Part shown: positions 1 to 14,044 of the stretch, in pieces
Layout of the letters: every line of letters starts with the position of its first letter
Position numbering within the stretch: position 1 is the first letter of the stretch
NCBI RefSeq assembly: GCF_036321535.1
Contig: NC_087436.1
Span: 55,802,001 to 55,866,000, forward strand
Direction: 5' to 3'
Origin: Camelus dromedarius
Lineage: Eukaryota
Length of the DNA stretch: 64,000 nt
Position numbers and translations under genes: made by a program
The notes under the pieces: model-generated
Seen by the model: only the letters and a program-made list of their open reading frames with translations
What the model was told of the DNA's origin: nothing
Database searches by the model: none

Positions 1-600
1 TAGCTGGGCAACTCTGCACTCTGACCATGCTGGTGATTAAGAGCTGGCTCTTCTTGTGATGTGCTTCCAAGGGGCCTTAACAGGTTCCAGGTTGAGCCCC
101 TGTCTCCTGAAGTTCCTTTAATCTTGGCAAACGTTCTGTACTCTGTGTGGCCATTGAAATGCCAGGGCATCCCAGGCCTCCACCTACTTTCTGCTGAGGT
201 CTTCTTGCCCCTCCATGAAGCCCTGTTAGGTGGAACACACAATATCCTCCCAGTGATTCTTTCCTCCTGGGGACTCACTCTTGTGGCCAAGAAATGTAAG
301 TGCACCTTGCTCAGACAAACTATAGGACTTTCGAGAACCCCATGAAGTAGCACCCAGTGAAGTAGCACCCTCCTCACTTAGCCGCCAAATACCTTTCTCC
401 CCCTCCAAATTTTTCAGGCAAAAGTCAGATCCCAATCTGCAGTTCATTCCAACTTTCACAGACAGAATTCAGGCTCCAAACCTCTGCGTCGGCCAACTTC
501 AAGGAATACATTTCAAAGGTCTCCAAGTGTCCCTTCTTGAATCTTTCTAGCTATACTTTGCACTAGGAGGTAGCTCCACCCCAACCCCCTTCCCCAAAAA
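1..600 (-). mobile_element. possible ancient LTR fragment (Gypsy-like MamGypLTR/LTR8x type), runs off window edge
   Basis: GC-richer than its flanks, has no credible ORF, and loosely resembles ancient eutherian LTRs; family assignment is weak. Confidence 0.25.
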
Positions 601-849
601 TGTGCGAGATGGAGAGGGAAAGCACAGAAGTGCAACCACTGTCTTCTCTATCTCTCTATTGATCATGTCACAAAATCATTCCATAAAAATGATTGTTTAC
701 ATTCTCCAGGTGGATATGGGATTCAAAAGCATGAAGCTGAAATTCTATTTGAAATTCTATACAAGTTACTTGTCTCTTTCTGTTGGCCTCTCAAAATGAA
801 GCAGAAAAAGTCCCATTCTTACATACTGGTAAACACATTTGGCATGTGT

Positions 850-1180
850 GTCAGTCAAGAAAAATAAAAAATAACCTGAAAAGCTCAGTGGCTTAAATAA
901 ATAAAGGTTTATACCTTGTTCTTGTTTTGATCATTGGCTGGGGCTCTGCTCTGCACTGTCACCATCTTCACTCCGTGGGCTTCAGTTCAACCACTACCTA
1001 GAACATTGAGAGCCTCTGTGGCAGAGGGAACAAGAAACATGGCACAGCACACACGAGTCTTATTTATCTGGCAAAAGAAAGTGACATGGACACACTTGAG
1101 TTCAACAGGTAGAGAAGCATAATTCTGCCACAGGGAGGACACGAGATATTGTGAGTAGTTAGTTATACAGTCTGTCACAC
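850..1180 (-). mobile_element. MaLR LTR fragment (MLT1K/L-like)
   Basis: 'ctcagtggcttaaa...ggtttat' and 'aagtgacatggacacacttgagttcaa' motifs typical of antisense MLT1. Confidence 0.6.
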
Positions 1181-1459
1181 CACTTTAGCCACTCTAATCT
1201 TGAAGAAAAACTAGAGAGGAGTTCAGTAGTCTAGACACTGGGTAGATGACAGAATGGCCAATGATCAGGTGTGAATGAGGAAAGAAAACTTCACTTACTG
1301 ATACTGACTCAGGGCTTATATATCTGATAGAGTAGATATTTTCATTTTCTTTTGCAAAATTTTTTCTTGCTTTTGCATATTATAAATAATTGTTTCAATG
1401 GTTATAATGCCTGAAAACTTACTGAGATTAGGGAAAAACATATAGGCCAGAGGAAAAAA

Positions 1460-1690
1460 TAACAATTATTACACACCTACTATGTGCAGGATATGGTCAC
1501 AGTCACTTCACACAGTTAGTATAGTTATTCTTCCAAAAAGTCTTGTGAAGTAGTAATTATTGTCCCTGTTTACATATGACAAAACTGAGGTTCACAGAGA
1601 TTAGGTGACTGCCAAAGATGGTTAAAACAGAGCCAGCATTCAAGCCCAGGTCTTAATCCAAAGCCTTTGGTGCTCCCATTAGACCACCAA
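1460..1690 (-). mobile_element. MIR SINE
   Basis: MIR core 'gacaaaactgaggttcacagagattaggtgactgccaaag...attcaagcccaggtct'. Confidence 0.8.
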
Positions 1691-2204
1691 TGGCTATTTT
1701 GCTTGGACATACTCTCTTTTCTAGTATGATAATGTTGTTCTTTAGTAGCCTAAGGATTCCTTAGGCTGTGCTTCCTAATCAGGATTCAGTAAACGGACTT
1801 AAATATGGTAGGGGAATTTTTGTTTTGGTGGGAGTTGTTGTTTTGTTTTTAAACATGACCTAGTCTACTTTATGAACAAGCTAATGAGCATTTTAATATT
1901 CAGAAAGTTATTCATTTCAACTTGGAATATGCAGAACCATCATATATCCTATTTTTCAAAAAAAAAGAGAAGGAGAAGAAAAAGAAGAAGAGAATAGAAA
2001 TGAATAAGAGGCTGGGGAACAGAAGATTCTAGCTGATTCTGACCTCTCTCTTTCATACGCTCTCTTTGCGAGCCATTTTCATAGATGAAAAATAAAATCA
2101 TGAAATTTTAGAGTCAGAGGGGAACTTTAGCTCATATGGTAAAATCATTATATTTGACAAGTGAAGATAATGAAAGGTTAAAAGTACAAAGACCACTGGT
2201 AGTT

Positions 2205-2730
2205 AGGGTAGTCAGTATCCAGAATGGCCACCAATGATCCTTATCACCTGGCATTTATGCCCTTGTATAATACCCTCTCACAATGAATCAAGGCTGATCT
2301 CTGTGGGCAACATAATATGGCAGATGTGCCAGTGTACAATATTCAAATCTGTGTCATAAAGACTTTGGCTTGATCTCTTGGATCATTTGCTCTGGGTGAA
2401 TTCAGCTACCATGTTGTGAGAACACTCAAGAAACCCCATGTAGAGGTCCACAAGGAGAGGATCCACCTTGTCAGCATTAATTTGAAAATCATGGGCCTGA
2501 GCCCCCTTAGGAATGAATTCTCTAGCTCCAGCCAAACCTTCAGATGAGTGCAGGTCCAGCTGACATCTGATTGCACCTCATAAAAGACCTTGAGCTAGAG
2601 CTGCCCAAATTAGCTACTTGCAGATTCCTAGCCTATATATCCCCACCTTATGAGACAGTAAATGACTGCTATTATTCTAAGTCATTAAGTTTTGGGATGA
2701 TTTGTTATGCAGCAATAGGTAACTAATACA
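2205..2730 (+). mobile_element. MaLR solo LTR (MLT1F/G-like)
   Basis: 5' 'gaatggccaccaatgatcc', internal 'ccagccaaaccttcagatga', canonical 3' end 'ttgttatgcagcaataggtaactaataca'. Confidence 0.85.
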
Positions 2731-2929
2731 GGGAATTATTCTAGGACAAGCAGGTCTTTGGAGGGAGATATACAAGTAGATCTCTGGTCATCTTCTCAAC
2801 TCCAACACTCTGGGACTTGATATCAGACTATTATGCTTTTTTTCATGACCAGTACCAACATTCTCACATAATTACATGTGCTCTAATTCATCTTCTCTCC
2901 AGAATGTTTCACATAGTGTAAAATTATTC

Positions 2930-4600
2930 TATCACTTTTCCTACTTTAAAAAACCATTTTCCCCTTTTACCCAATACATTCTTCTCTAGCTAGCAATCCA
3001 TTTCTAATATCCACTTTATAGGAAAACTCTTCAACAGAGTGCTCTATTTTAGCTGTATCTGTTTCCTCAGTTCTAATTCTCTCTTAAACCCATCCCACTC
3101 ATTTTATTATCCATACTTCTCCAAAAATGTTTACAATAAGATTACCAGTAACCTCAATGTTGCTAGACATAATGGACACTTCTCAAGACATAACTCACTC
3201 AACTTTTCTATAGCATTAGACAGCTAATGATTGACCCCCTTCTTGAGAAACTTTCTTCACAAGGGATCCTAGACACTACACATTCCAGAATTTGTCCCTA
3301 CACACTTTACTATCTCATTTTAATTTTCTTACCCTTCCTCCTATTGCTGACCTCTAAACGCCTTAGTGCCCAGAACTCAGTTTGGATTTTCAATCAGCAT
3401 TCATTCCCTTGGTGCTCTCAGCCAGGCCCATGACCAACTACTCTCAAATACAGATTTATAATGCTCAACTTTCCCCTGAGCTCCAGATAAATATATCCAA
3501 CAACCCACTTGACAATTGCACTCACACATCTAGTAAACCTGGAGAATTTAATATGAGTAAACACAAACTCTTGATTTCCCACCCTAAGGCTGTATGTTCT
3601 CAGTCTTTTTACTTAAACAAATAGGTAGTAAATCTGGTCCTCCTCAGTCTTCTTCACTCACTTGGGTAAACATCCCTGGAGTTATAATTGTGTTCTATCT
3701 TTCTTACATAAGGCCACCCCAAACCAGCAGCCATTTATGCAATATCTACTTATTAAATACATATCTTGAATAACACATCTTATATTTTTTATTGCCACTG
3801 CCCTAGCTAAGCTACCTTTATGTCTTCCTTGGACTATTAAATGAATTGGTGTCAACTGGTCCGTTTGTATACTTTCTCATTCCTTTACAGTCTATTTTAT
3901 GCACAGCAATTAAAAGGATACATAAAACTCTCCAGTGGCTACCCAGTATAATTCAAATTAAAGTCCTAGCATGATCTACAAGGCTCTAAATGAGCTAATT
4001 TGCCTGGTTCTAACTCAAATCTCATTTCTTCCCTCACTTCCCTGTGGTTTAGTGATTTTCTTGTATGTGAAATGCACAAAATAAATACCACCTCAAGACT
4101 TCACACTCTATGTTCCCTCTGCTGGAAATGGTCTTCCCCACATATTCACATGCTTTACCCCCCCCCCCCCATTTCTATCTAATTTGTCTCAAAAACACTG
4201 CTTTTGAAGAGACCTTTCCTAACCACTCTATCTAAAAATCCGTATCTCTCAGCCTCTAAACTTATCCTGATTTGACAGTCTTCATGGTATGCATGGTATG
4301 CATAATAATAATTCATATTATATTGCCCATTTATTTTGTCTGTTTTCCCCAGTAGAACATAAACTCCGTGACAGAATGGACGTTCTTCTTCACCACCATG
4401 TATCCAGTGCCTAAACTAGTCCCTGACATATAATATCTATCCTATATATTATATTTTTGAGTGAATCAATGTTTGCTTGAATGCTCAAGCATTCACTTCA
4501 GCAAGTAGGCTTTGCATGCTCATCACTGTATCTCTAGCACAAAGTCTTTTGGCACATGATGGGTGCTCCATAAATATTTGTCTAATAAATCAATGGAAAT
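2930..4600 (+). mobile_element. LINE-2 3' region (degenerate), with a second L2 tail at ~4520-4600
   Basis: L2 motifs 'ccctgagctccagataaatatatccaac', 'tccagtgcctaaactagtccctgacata' and tails 'ttgagtgaatcaatg', 'aaatatttgtctaataaatcaatg'. Confidence 0.75.
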
Positions 4601-7059
4601 GTGATTGTTACAGAAACAGGCATAAATCCAGAGTAAGTGGGAAGCCAATGCCTTGCCTGATAATCCAATGCAATTGCTCCTTCTGAGCATTGCACCTAAC
4701 ACATCAAACCCTGAAGCGTACATTTGAGGAAGTGAATGAATGTTGTAATAAACAAATGAATGGATACTTGGTCCTAGAAAATATATTGACAAGAAAGAAG
4801 AGATACCAATCTTACACAGAGAAGAAAAATCTAAGAGGATAAGAAGTGCGAAAGTTGTTACTTGGTTGCTAGGAAATAATGAACATTTTCCAAAAGAATA
4901 AATTTAATAAAATGATTGGGGCAGAAGCCAGCTCACATAAGATTAAATGAGTTAAAACAAGGTGGTATTAAATCAGACAAAATTTAGAGGAGGTTGTCAG
5001 AAAAGGAAGAATAAAAGATTAGGTTAACTGAGCAGAAGAGTCATTTAACATTATTTTACAGTCAGGATTGATGATTCCTAAGCTTGTTTCCATGAAAAGA
5101 TTGTAGAAAATGACAATGTCCGTAATTTGAAGTGAATATATCTTTTCCTAACTGTTCTCAGCATCCTAGGTAACAGACTGAGAATGTCTAACTAAAGCAA
5201 AATCCCCTTCTAGAGAAAATGTGATCTAAAATCATCAAAAATGTTTGTCATCTCCAACTTGTCTCCAGCCTTTTGTTATGTTTAAACCACAAACTAATAG
5301 TGATAATTAATGATTACTAGTTCAAGAAGGACTTTTTAGTCTTTTTAGAAGCTATTGATACTAACAATGTAAATTTAAAATATGGGAAATAAGTTTGTGA
5401 TACGTAGTTTACATATCTTTTACTTTATGACCTATAGTAGTTCAGAAACATTAACTTGAATTTTCTTCTAATAGTTCCTCAATATTAATCATATCTCTCA
5501 TGAGATAATTTAGTTCAAGGTATTTTTCTTATGTCATTCCTTGAGTAATATGAATTTTTGAAACTCAAGATGACACAGGCAGTTGTCAGAAATCAAGTTG
5601 CATATTATGCCAAAAGTATATTTGCCATGTGGTAAAAAGTGATTTTTTTATGATTCTTCTTAATTTGGGGGGCAATGCACTTTTGAAGTTTTCAGCTTTG
5701 ATGTTTTCTTAGAAATAAATGGCCATTTTAGTAAACAATAAGAACATAAGCTCTTTGTTCTCAAAGATTAAAGATATAATTTAATTGAAATTGTTATTTG
5801 AAACAATCTGTAATATATATATAGATTATAAAGTAACAGTCATAATTTGTTATAAAGCAGTAGTAATAATAGCATCTAGGTCTAGAGGGTAAGCACGGAG
5901 GGAAAGTCAATATGGCCACATGCATCTCAGTTTGTGTGTAACCTATAAATTGTATGTTCTTCAGTTTGATATTATGAAACTTCATTTTTTTTAGATTTTT
6001 TTAAGGCAATTTCGGATGTTTGGACATTATAAGGTAGATATATATATATATATATATATTCTACTTGTATACATTTAAAAAATACTCTAAAGCTCCTGTC
6101 AAATATGGCTTCAGATTTGTCATTAATTTTGCATTATAAATAATGAAATTACTGCCTTTATAGTAATCTTCCCAGTGAGATATAGAGACAAAACAAACTT
6201 TTTGCCTTTATCCTATTGGAATCTTAAATAAATCTATAAATTTTTATGGTAGCAAATAGTGATTAAGTCAGAGTGGTGGTTGACTGAGTGCAAGATAAAG
6301 TTAAATGATCAAAGAAACTCATATTAATACTGAGGTTCTAAGAGACAGAAAGTCTACCTAAAGAAAAAATTTAATAAAGTAGAAGATATATTAATTTTAT
6401 TTTGTAAAAAAAGACTGAAATCTATTTACCTAAAATGTTTGATAATTTGTTTTTTTTTCCTTATTAAATGTATAAGTAGATATCTCAGGTGTTCATTTGT
6501 TTGCTGATGATATTGATATTGATGATATTGATGAGTTGACATTTGATCATTTTGTGGGGATGGACTTGCTTAGCCCAAATATTTCATGATTTCATTTATT
6601 TCCTAGTCAGTCAGGTATGAACTACCACCTCATTTTACAAATAAAGCAACTCAGATGAAGAAAGTTCCCCAAAGATACATACTTGGCAAGAGGCAGAGGC
6701 AAGAATCAGATCTGAACTCTGACTATGCATCTAAAGTCCTTTACTCTACCCAGCCTCCAAACTGTTTCATGATGATCCCACTCCACTCTAACAGTGAGAT
6801 TCTGCCAGTTGGCAGGTAACAGAAAAATGCAAAATAGCAATGGCTTAAGACAGAAAAAAAGGCTGCTCCAGAGAGTTCTTAGCAGGAAGGACCACTGGTT
6901 TCAATCCCAGAAGCAGCAACTATTTTTCCTTTATTTTTCTGCCTGTGCATGTAGACAAGTTATCTTTATTCTGCAAGAACACATGCCAAGCTAAAAATAT
7001 GTAAAGTAAAGGTACTAAGGTAGGAAATCTGCAGTCTCTAACACAAAGAAATATAGCCG

Positions 7060-7192
7060 TATATGTATACACAAACACACACATATATGCATACATATAG
7101 AGAGAGAGATTACATAGTCTGTATATATGTAGTTCTTTCTTCTGTGTCAGAGACTGTGTTATATATGATATATTATATATGCATATATATGT

Positions 7193-7225
<33 letters not shown>
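7060..7225. repeat. compound (TA/CA/GA/TG)n microsatellite
   Basis: directly visible dinucleotide runs ending in (TG)n at ~7200-7224. Confidence 0.9.
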
Positions 7226-7226
<1 letters not shown>

Positions 7227-10200
7227 AGTGTTATATGTATCTATCTACCTATTTATAGCTATATGGAGGACCTGGAAGCTATCTGTTTTCAAGATTTAAA
7301 ATTGGATATCATTTCATAATTTGGGTTGTAATAAGATAAGCTCTTGCATTATCCTTTACCAAGATTCAAACTAATTTTTCTTTAAACAAATCAAAGTCCC
7401 CAACTTGTTTTAAAATATTTTTTATATTGTTTTCGTTTATTGCCTATCTTGGTAGAATAAAGGAACATCTATGGTATGCAGACAAGCAGCCTACAGTGAA
7501 AAGGCTCAAAAGGACTGCCTTTCCTCTTCCTGTCCCTGCCTCCTGTGAGCTGTCAGGAGAGTATGTAGGCATAACACTGGAAGCAGCTAGTTGCTCCCCA
7601 GTGGCTGAAGGATTGTGAGCTGCTGCTCTCCTTGCCCAGTGGTGCAAATCACCTCCAATTTTTCTAAATGCTTTTTCTCTTTTGGAGCTGTTTATTGTTT
7701 ATCGAATTTGTTCCTTAGTCTTAAGAAAGCAGAAGAGTTAGTTTCATATAGCAGGGTCCATTTTGTTAGAACCCCACAGGAAAATATAGGGAGATGAAAA
7801 ATTAATAATCAATATACTTAAAAGACAACATGGTTTTCCAAGTCCACAAAATGTCATTCCTTTCTAGCATGCATTTTCTTCCTTTATGCTGTGGAACTTG
7901 CAGACTATTCCTGGTATAGTTAGAGCAACTGCTATGAGACAGATTATGTTGCCTTTTTGCAACACAAATTAGTATATTAAAAACTAGCCCTTAAAATATT
8001 ACTGACTGGCAATGGAAAATGGATTAAAGTAAAACAAAGTAAAGTAAGCAGCAATAATATAGATTATATTTAATACTAGGTCATAGTCTTGTCTAGAAAT
8101 TCTAATAAAGGCTTCATTCTCTGAGGTCAGAAAATAATGTGGTCAAGCAAATTTTGTGCTAACTTCCATCTGCCACATGGAGGCTTTAATTAACCTGTCT
8201 TGTGAGTCACTGAACCTTTATGAATTCCATTTATATTGCATTGTGGGAATATGACATTTACTTCTTCACAGCATTTTGACTTTTTTCAATTATTACTATG
8301 AAAAAAGTTATTGAGCAAATGTCACTGCAAAAGAAGCCATGGCCCAGTAGTGGTCATTCCTCCAGGTGGTTGGTATTGACTGCTAAAAAAAAATAGCAAT
8401 ATAAAGGAGAGGCCTGGAGTTTTCTAATGTGACCTTTAACACCCAGAAGTGGTTTCCTGATCTTGTTCATTAAGTAACTTGAAAACACACACAGAGAACC
8501 CAAAGGAAAAAGCCAGCTTGGTCATTTGCAAAAAATCTGACAATTAATTATTGCCTCTGAATTCTCTTAGGAAACACAGAGTTATTTTCATGCATTAAGG
8601 ACCAAATTTACACTTCCTTAATTTTTATATTCATAGCACAAAAGATGCCAAGCTTATGCTTGATCTCTTCTAGGTAACAGTAATGTACGTCACTGACCAG
8701 TAAAGTTACTGTTATCTGCACAGTTCTAATTCCCTCAGCACCTGAGAAGCGAAGGTTATTCTTTGTATATCCAGAGCCTGACAATCTTTCAGTAACTGGG
8801 GAAACTCTTCTGTGCTTTCTGGATGCTGAGAAAAGAAAAATATTATGAGTGTTTAATGAAGTACACCATGACCTTGCACTAAGATAATCTTATTTTCTTA
8901 GAAGATAAAAAAGAAAAAGTAAATAGATTTTAAAGAGGTGAGATAAGGGCACATCTTAAAGCAGTGTGCAAAGTAAACATCAGGTAAAATACAAAGGCTG
9001 GAAGAATTGATTATGCCACTTGGTTGCTCTCCTGTGGAATATAAAAGAAGCAGGGACATGCTCTGTTACTCCTTGCATGTAGAAGTCGAGCCTGGAAACA
9101 ATATACTGACATCTCTGCCATGCAGATAATTCCAACAAGCTAATGGGCTGAATCAACTATTATCATTTAGAAACTTTCTGGGTCTACTGATTGACAGCTA
9201 CAGAATGTATCTTAATGGTCTTCTCTTTGCAAGCCAATTTTAAGAAAAGGAAACAAAATCACATAGAAGAGAATGAGGATCAAAAGCTAAAAAGAAAATG
9301 GGGCAAAAACAAGAAGACAGAAGATCAAAAATGATTCATCAAACATGAAAAATAGCCAGAGGATTACTCTAGTACTTGTTAGGTGATGAAAGAAACCTGT
9401 GACCACCATCATGTGGTTAGACACTTTACCAGAAATACTGGCAGTGTACATGAAATATTAGATGTTAAGCATATTGTTTTTGACAGCTTTCATTAATAGA
9501 TTCTCATCATTACTCTGTCTTAATGATCACAACCCTGATCTGAACACCACAGACTAGAAAACCACAAGCTCATTGACATCTGACTGAATGATCAGTAATT
9601 CTCAGCATGAATAACAAAAGGGGAGTGGTTAGCAACTGCATTTTTATTGTACATGCACTATTGCTACTATTCTAAACTCATAAGCTCCTCAGCTCCAAAA
9701 GGAAAAACAAATACTGTTTCAAGGATATGGTGCTCTAGACTCCAAGGAAGTTTCCTGCCTCAGCCCATAACAAGTACCAATATCTTTAAAAACTCTTAAA
9801 AGTTATCAATATTCACATATTTTAAGGAAAGATCCAGGAGCATCAGAAAAGGTAAGAGAGTATCAAATTATCTGGAAATTCTTTTACTTGCTTATACTTC
9901 TCTTTTAATAATTTCAAATATTACCTTCAATCACAGCATGGTGAGTTTTGGGGGTCTTGAATGAAAGAGGAGTTGATGGATTTACTTTAATGATATTCTA
10001 CTTTCTGTAAAGAAAACAAATATAAGAAGTAATGTTGATAAAATTATGAATTTATAATTTATGTCTTACCTACTTCTCTTAATAATTTAAGATGACTTCA
10101 AGAAATAGGGTCAGTGATAGTATATACAAGAACAAAATATATGTCAGAGGATAATAGAACCAGACTGAGATATGGATACTTGGGAAAGGCTAATAATTTG

Positions 10201-10443
10201 ACATGCCTTGAAAATGGTTTTCTTTTAATATTTATTAAACATATAAATGTTTAGGCTGGGTGATGAAAATGAAGTGAGATGAAATGCTGGGTACTTTGTG
10301 AGAAAAAGGTATTAGCTGCAGTGCTTGCCAGTCTATTGCTGTCCTTAAAATTTAATTCAGATCCAAATTCACATTCTCCAGGCAAGCAAAGCAAAAATGA
10401 GCAGTTAACTGGACCTATGCACCTTAGAAGGCACTTCATCATC

Positions 10444-11320
10444 TGTGAGATAATTTTTAAAAAGATACAGATATTGATATATAGATAGATAGATCTTTGC
10501 CCCACATTCCTGACACAAGGCTCCTAAAACCCCTGTAAATTCTAGGAAAATCTTTTGCTCTCATGAGACATCTCTGGGTGGGCTCCTAGATGGCTCCTGG
10601 ATGGAAGCTGGTCACCAGAAAGACCAACTCATAATTAGAAGATTGTGATTTTCAGCCTCATTCCCCAATCTCCTAACTCTTCCAGAGAGGGGAGAGAGGA
10701 TGGAAATGGAGTTAGCAACTGATCATTCCCATGTGAAGAAGCCTCCATAAAATCCCAATAGTACGGGGTTGGAGCAATTTCAGGTTGGCGAACACATCCA
10801 CATCAGGAGGGTGATGCACCCCAACTGTACAAGGACAGAAGCTCCTGCATTTGGACTCTCTCAGACCTTACCCTATGCATCTTTTCATCTGGCTGTTCAT
10901 TTGTATCCTTTATCACATCATTTAATAAACTGTCAAACATAAATAACTGCTTGCCTGCGTTCTGTTAACCACTATAGTGAATTAATATAACCCAAAGAAG
11001 GGGCATGGGATCCTCTGATTTACATCCATGCATCAGGAGCACAGGTGAGAACCTGGACTTGCAACTGGCATTTGAAGGGAGGTAAGGGCAGGCTTGTGGG
11101 ACTGAGATCAGAACCTGTGGGATCTGATGCTACCTCTAGGTACGTGGTGTCAGAAATGAGTTAAATTGTAGAATACTCAGTTGGTGTTTCAGAGAACTGC
11201 TTGGTGGGAAAACTCCACATACACATTTGGTGACCCGAGATGTCAAAAGTGTTGTAAGTGCAGTAGTAGTGTGAAAGTAACGGAGAAACATGAAGGAAGA
11301 CGGGAGGTTTTTCTAACACA
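10444..11320 (+). mobile_element. solo LTR, MER21-like
   Basis: TG...CA termini, AATAAA at ~10924, MER21 motifs 'gctggtcaccagaaagacca' and 'aacctgtgggatctgatgct'; imperfect 5-bp TSD tcatc/ccatc. Confidence 0.85.
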
Positions 11321-12469
11321 CCATCTACTGTAATTGACAACTCCCCTTGGGAAGTTCACTTTTCTCAAATCTAAAACACCTTACTTCTTACAAACATATA
11401 TTCCACTCCTCTGGCTCACCTGTAGTTGATTATTGTTACCTTATTTTTCCACCCAAGTGAAGCTGTGGCACCATTTAGATGGTCTTCCTGGGCAACTGGC
11501 CTTTGCCAACCTCTTTAATATAGGTCTGAGTTCCAAACTACAGGACTGGCCACCCATAAAGAGCGAGCTGGTCCTCAAAAGGAAGACGGAGCAAAATCTT
11601 TACTTGCAACTTTTTACTCTTCAGTGAATTCTTCACCCAGGCTCCCTAACACATTTATTTTATACGTAAACTTTCTTGTCCTGCCTACTACTGCCATATG
11701 TTTGTTTGTTTGTTTTTTCTTACCTTGAACAATCATTAGCCAGCTGCTAATAGTTTCTATGGGTCCCATCCAGAAAAGTCTTCAAGAAGGGGCAGGTCCT
11801 GAGGTGAGAAGAGATGACACAGCTGAATTTATCTGAGGACACCACCATGCCCCTCAAGACAAACACTCAGCAGTAGCATGGACCTACTGAGATGTATGGG
11901 GAAAAGGAAAAAAAAGAAGCATTTATTTCCCACAGAGCATCAGGTTGGGTAGCAGGGAAGGTGGTAGGTCTGCAAAGATACTCAATTATCAACATGATCT
12001 TTTGTATCACCCTTAGGTTGGGTGTGTTTTTCAAGGCTGCTTTAGCCTGACTGAAAAAATAAAAATAGAAAAATGGAAAGACTTTCAACTCAAAACATCC
12101 TAACAAAACAAAATACACTTCAAGAAGAAAACATAATGTATCAAAAAAGAGATTACAAATGATGATGGGTAAGAAGATGTTGCCAAGGAGAAACCAAAAA
12201 AAAAAAAAAAAAAAAAAAAAGGAAAGAAAAGAAAAAGAAAAAGCCAATCCACAAAGAGAGGCATTAAAATTAAAGAAACATACATTTTAAAATGCTAAGA
12301 AAAGGAAATAATTGATATAATGTCTAAAGTTAAAAGAGAACAGAATAAATGTTACTGGGCTTTTTGACCAGAAAAATGAAAAAGTTATTAAAGTAACACT
12401 TGTTTAAAAAATAAATGTGGTAGAGAAACTTTAAAAAGACACTGAAATTAACCAAGTAATAGTAGAATA

Positions 12470-12940
12470 ACTGATACCTCATTTTGCTTTCTCCCAAAAG
12501 CAAGCCCTGAGACAAGGATTCAGGGCCAGTCAGTCCACTAGCTGGTCCACTGGAAGGCTGAAGGGCACACCCACAGGAGAATGTAGATGTGAAACAAGGA
12601 AAAGAAAACAACCAATGAGGAAATATGTCATTTAGCCAGCCATCACTGTGAGTAACTGAAGCTTAATCCTCATAATGACACTTGGGAGCCAATGTAAAAT
12701 TTATAAACTCAGAGTTAATCTCTCCAAGGAGCAAGGAAGGAGAGATTAACTCTCTTATCAGTCACTGGTTGAGGGATACCCCCAGGGCCATTCATTCCTC
12801 TGCACTTTTAGCCAGCCAAACAAGAGCAATGTGGGCTGGAATTGTAAGAGAAAGCCGACAGCAGAGCAGTGTTGCCTGATGAAGTGGCAACAACACGGAA
12901 TACTGGCAGGACACTGAAGGAGTCTTCCACAGAGGCCTTA
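12470..12940 (-). mobile_element. ERVL LTR fragment (LTR16-like)
   Basis: 'aagcaagccctgagacaaggattc' resembles the antisense LTR16 3' end. Confidence 0.6.
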
Positions 12941-14044
12941 CAGGGCCTAATCAACGCATCAAGCAGAGTCTGCTAAATGCTGGAATTGTATTACATGCTG
13001 GAATTTAAACCTATAAAAAGGAAAGATTAATTAGCCACACACGCCTGCCAGGGATGTGTCACTACTCTTAAGCACCAAAAACACATTCTTTATTTTTTTA
13101 AAGAGCTTTAGTATTTAATGAAGTAAAAATACATGGCCCATCAGAAAACATGCAGCACACATTTCATGCCCTATAGTAAAGGAAACGAGGTCTTCAACAG
13201 ATCAAGGTGACAGTCGACTCCTCAACTTAAATTCTCCCATCACAATTGGGTAAAGAAAACGAATGTAGGGAAACTAGCCACTTACTCCTCAGCCTTTGAG
13301 CATATAAATGTTTGCAGAAATGAATTGGTGGCCTAACTTCAATTCCTGAGGGATCAGAAACCCTTAAATGCTAAAATGAATGCCTATTCCTGGACGCCGC
13401 AATGGAAAGCCAACAGTGGGGGAATCCCCCAGAGCAGAACAGGCTGCTCAGAGGCAGGACAGTGTGGGGAATGATTCACACCCCCAGAGCTGCATCTGTG
13501 CTCAGCCTAAAAACAGAACTGCACCCACCACTTCTGTCCATCTGGTACCTAAAACAGGATTTAATTCATTTCAAAATGAGATGTACATATTCACATTATG
13601 AAGCAATTAGGAAAACAATTAGAGAAAAACAAATTTTTTTTCAATATGATTATGTTTTTCTAAAAGAGACTTTTTGGAGGTTAGTATGTATAAATATACC
13701 AAACTAAAAGATCAGACAATGTGTTTGGTGAAATTATTTAACTTAAAGGGAAATCTTGTGTTTTTAAAAATATAATGATATCTGACATTTTGTCAAAAAT
13801 ATTCACTGTACTTCTTCATAATAATAACCTCAAGACATAGATTCCAAGCAATCTAATGATTAATTCGTTTGGTTTCTTTGTTTGCTCTAGAAGCTACAAC
13901 TTTAAAAAAAAAAAAAAACAGAACATTGTTTGGGCACTACCAGAAAAGAATTATCAGAGTTACTCTAAAGCCAGCAGATAAATCAAAGGATCCTCAAAAT
14001 CTATTGGTAGCCAGGGTTAGTAGCCATAGGTATCCAGTTACCAC

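Noticed and set aside
61..459. Overlapping ORFs as a possible processed pseudogene
   Set aside because: No recognisable homology, and minus-strand translation hits stops; more likely an old LTR
11867..12285. 126-aa and 61-aa Phe-rich minus ORFs (membrane protein-like)
   Set aside because: Produced by A-rich low-complexity sequence and a poly(A) run
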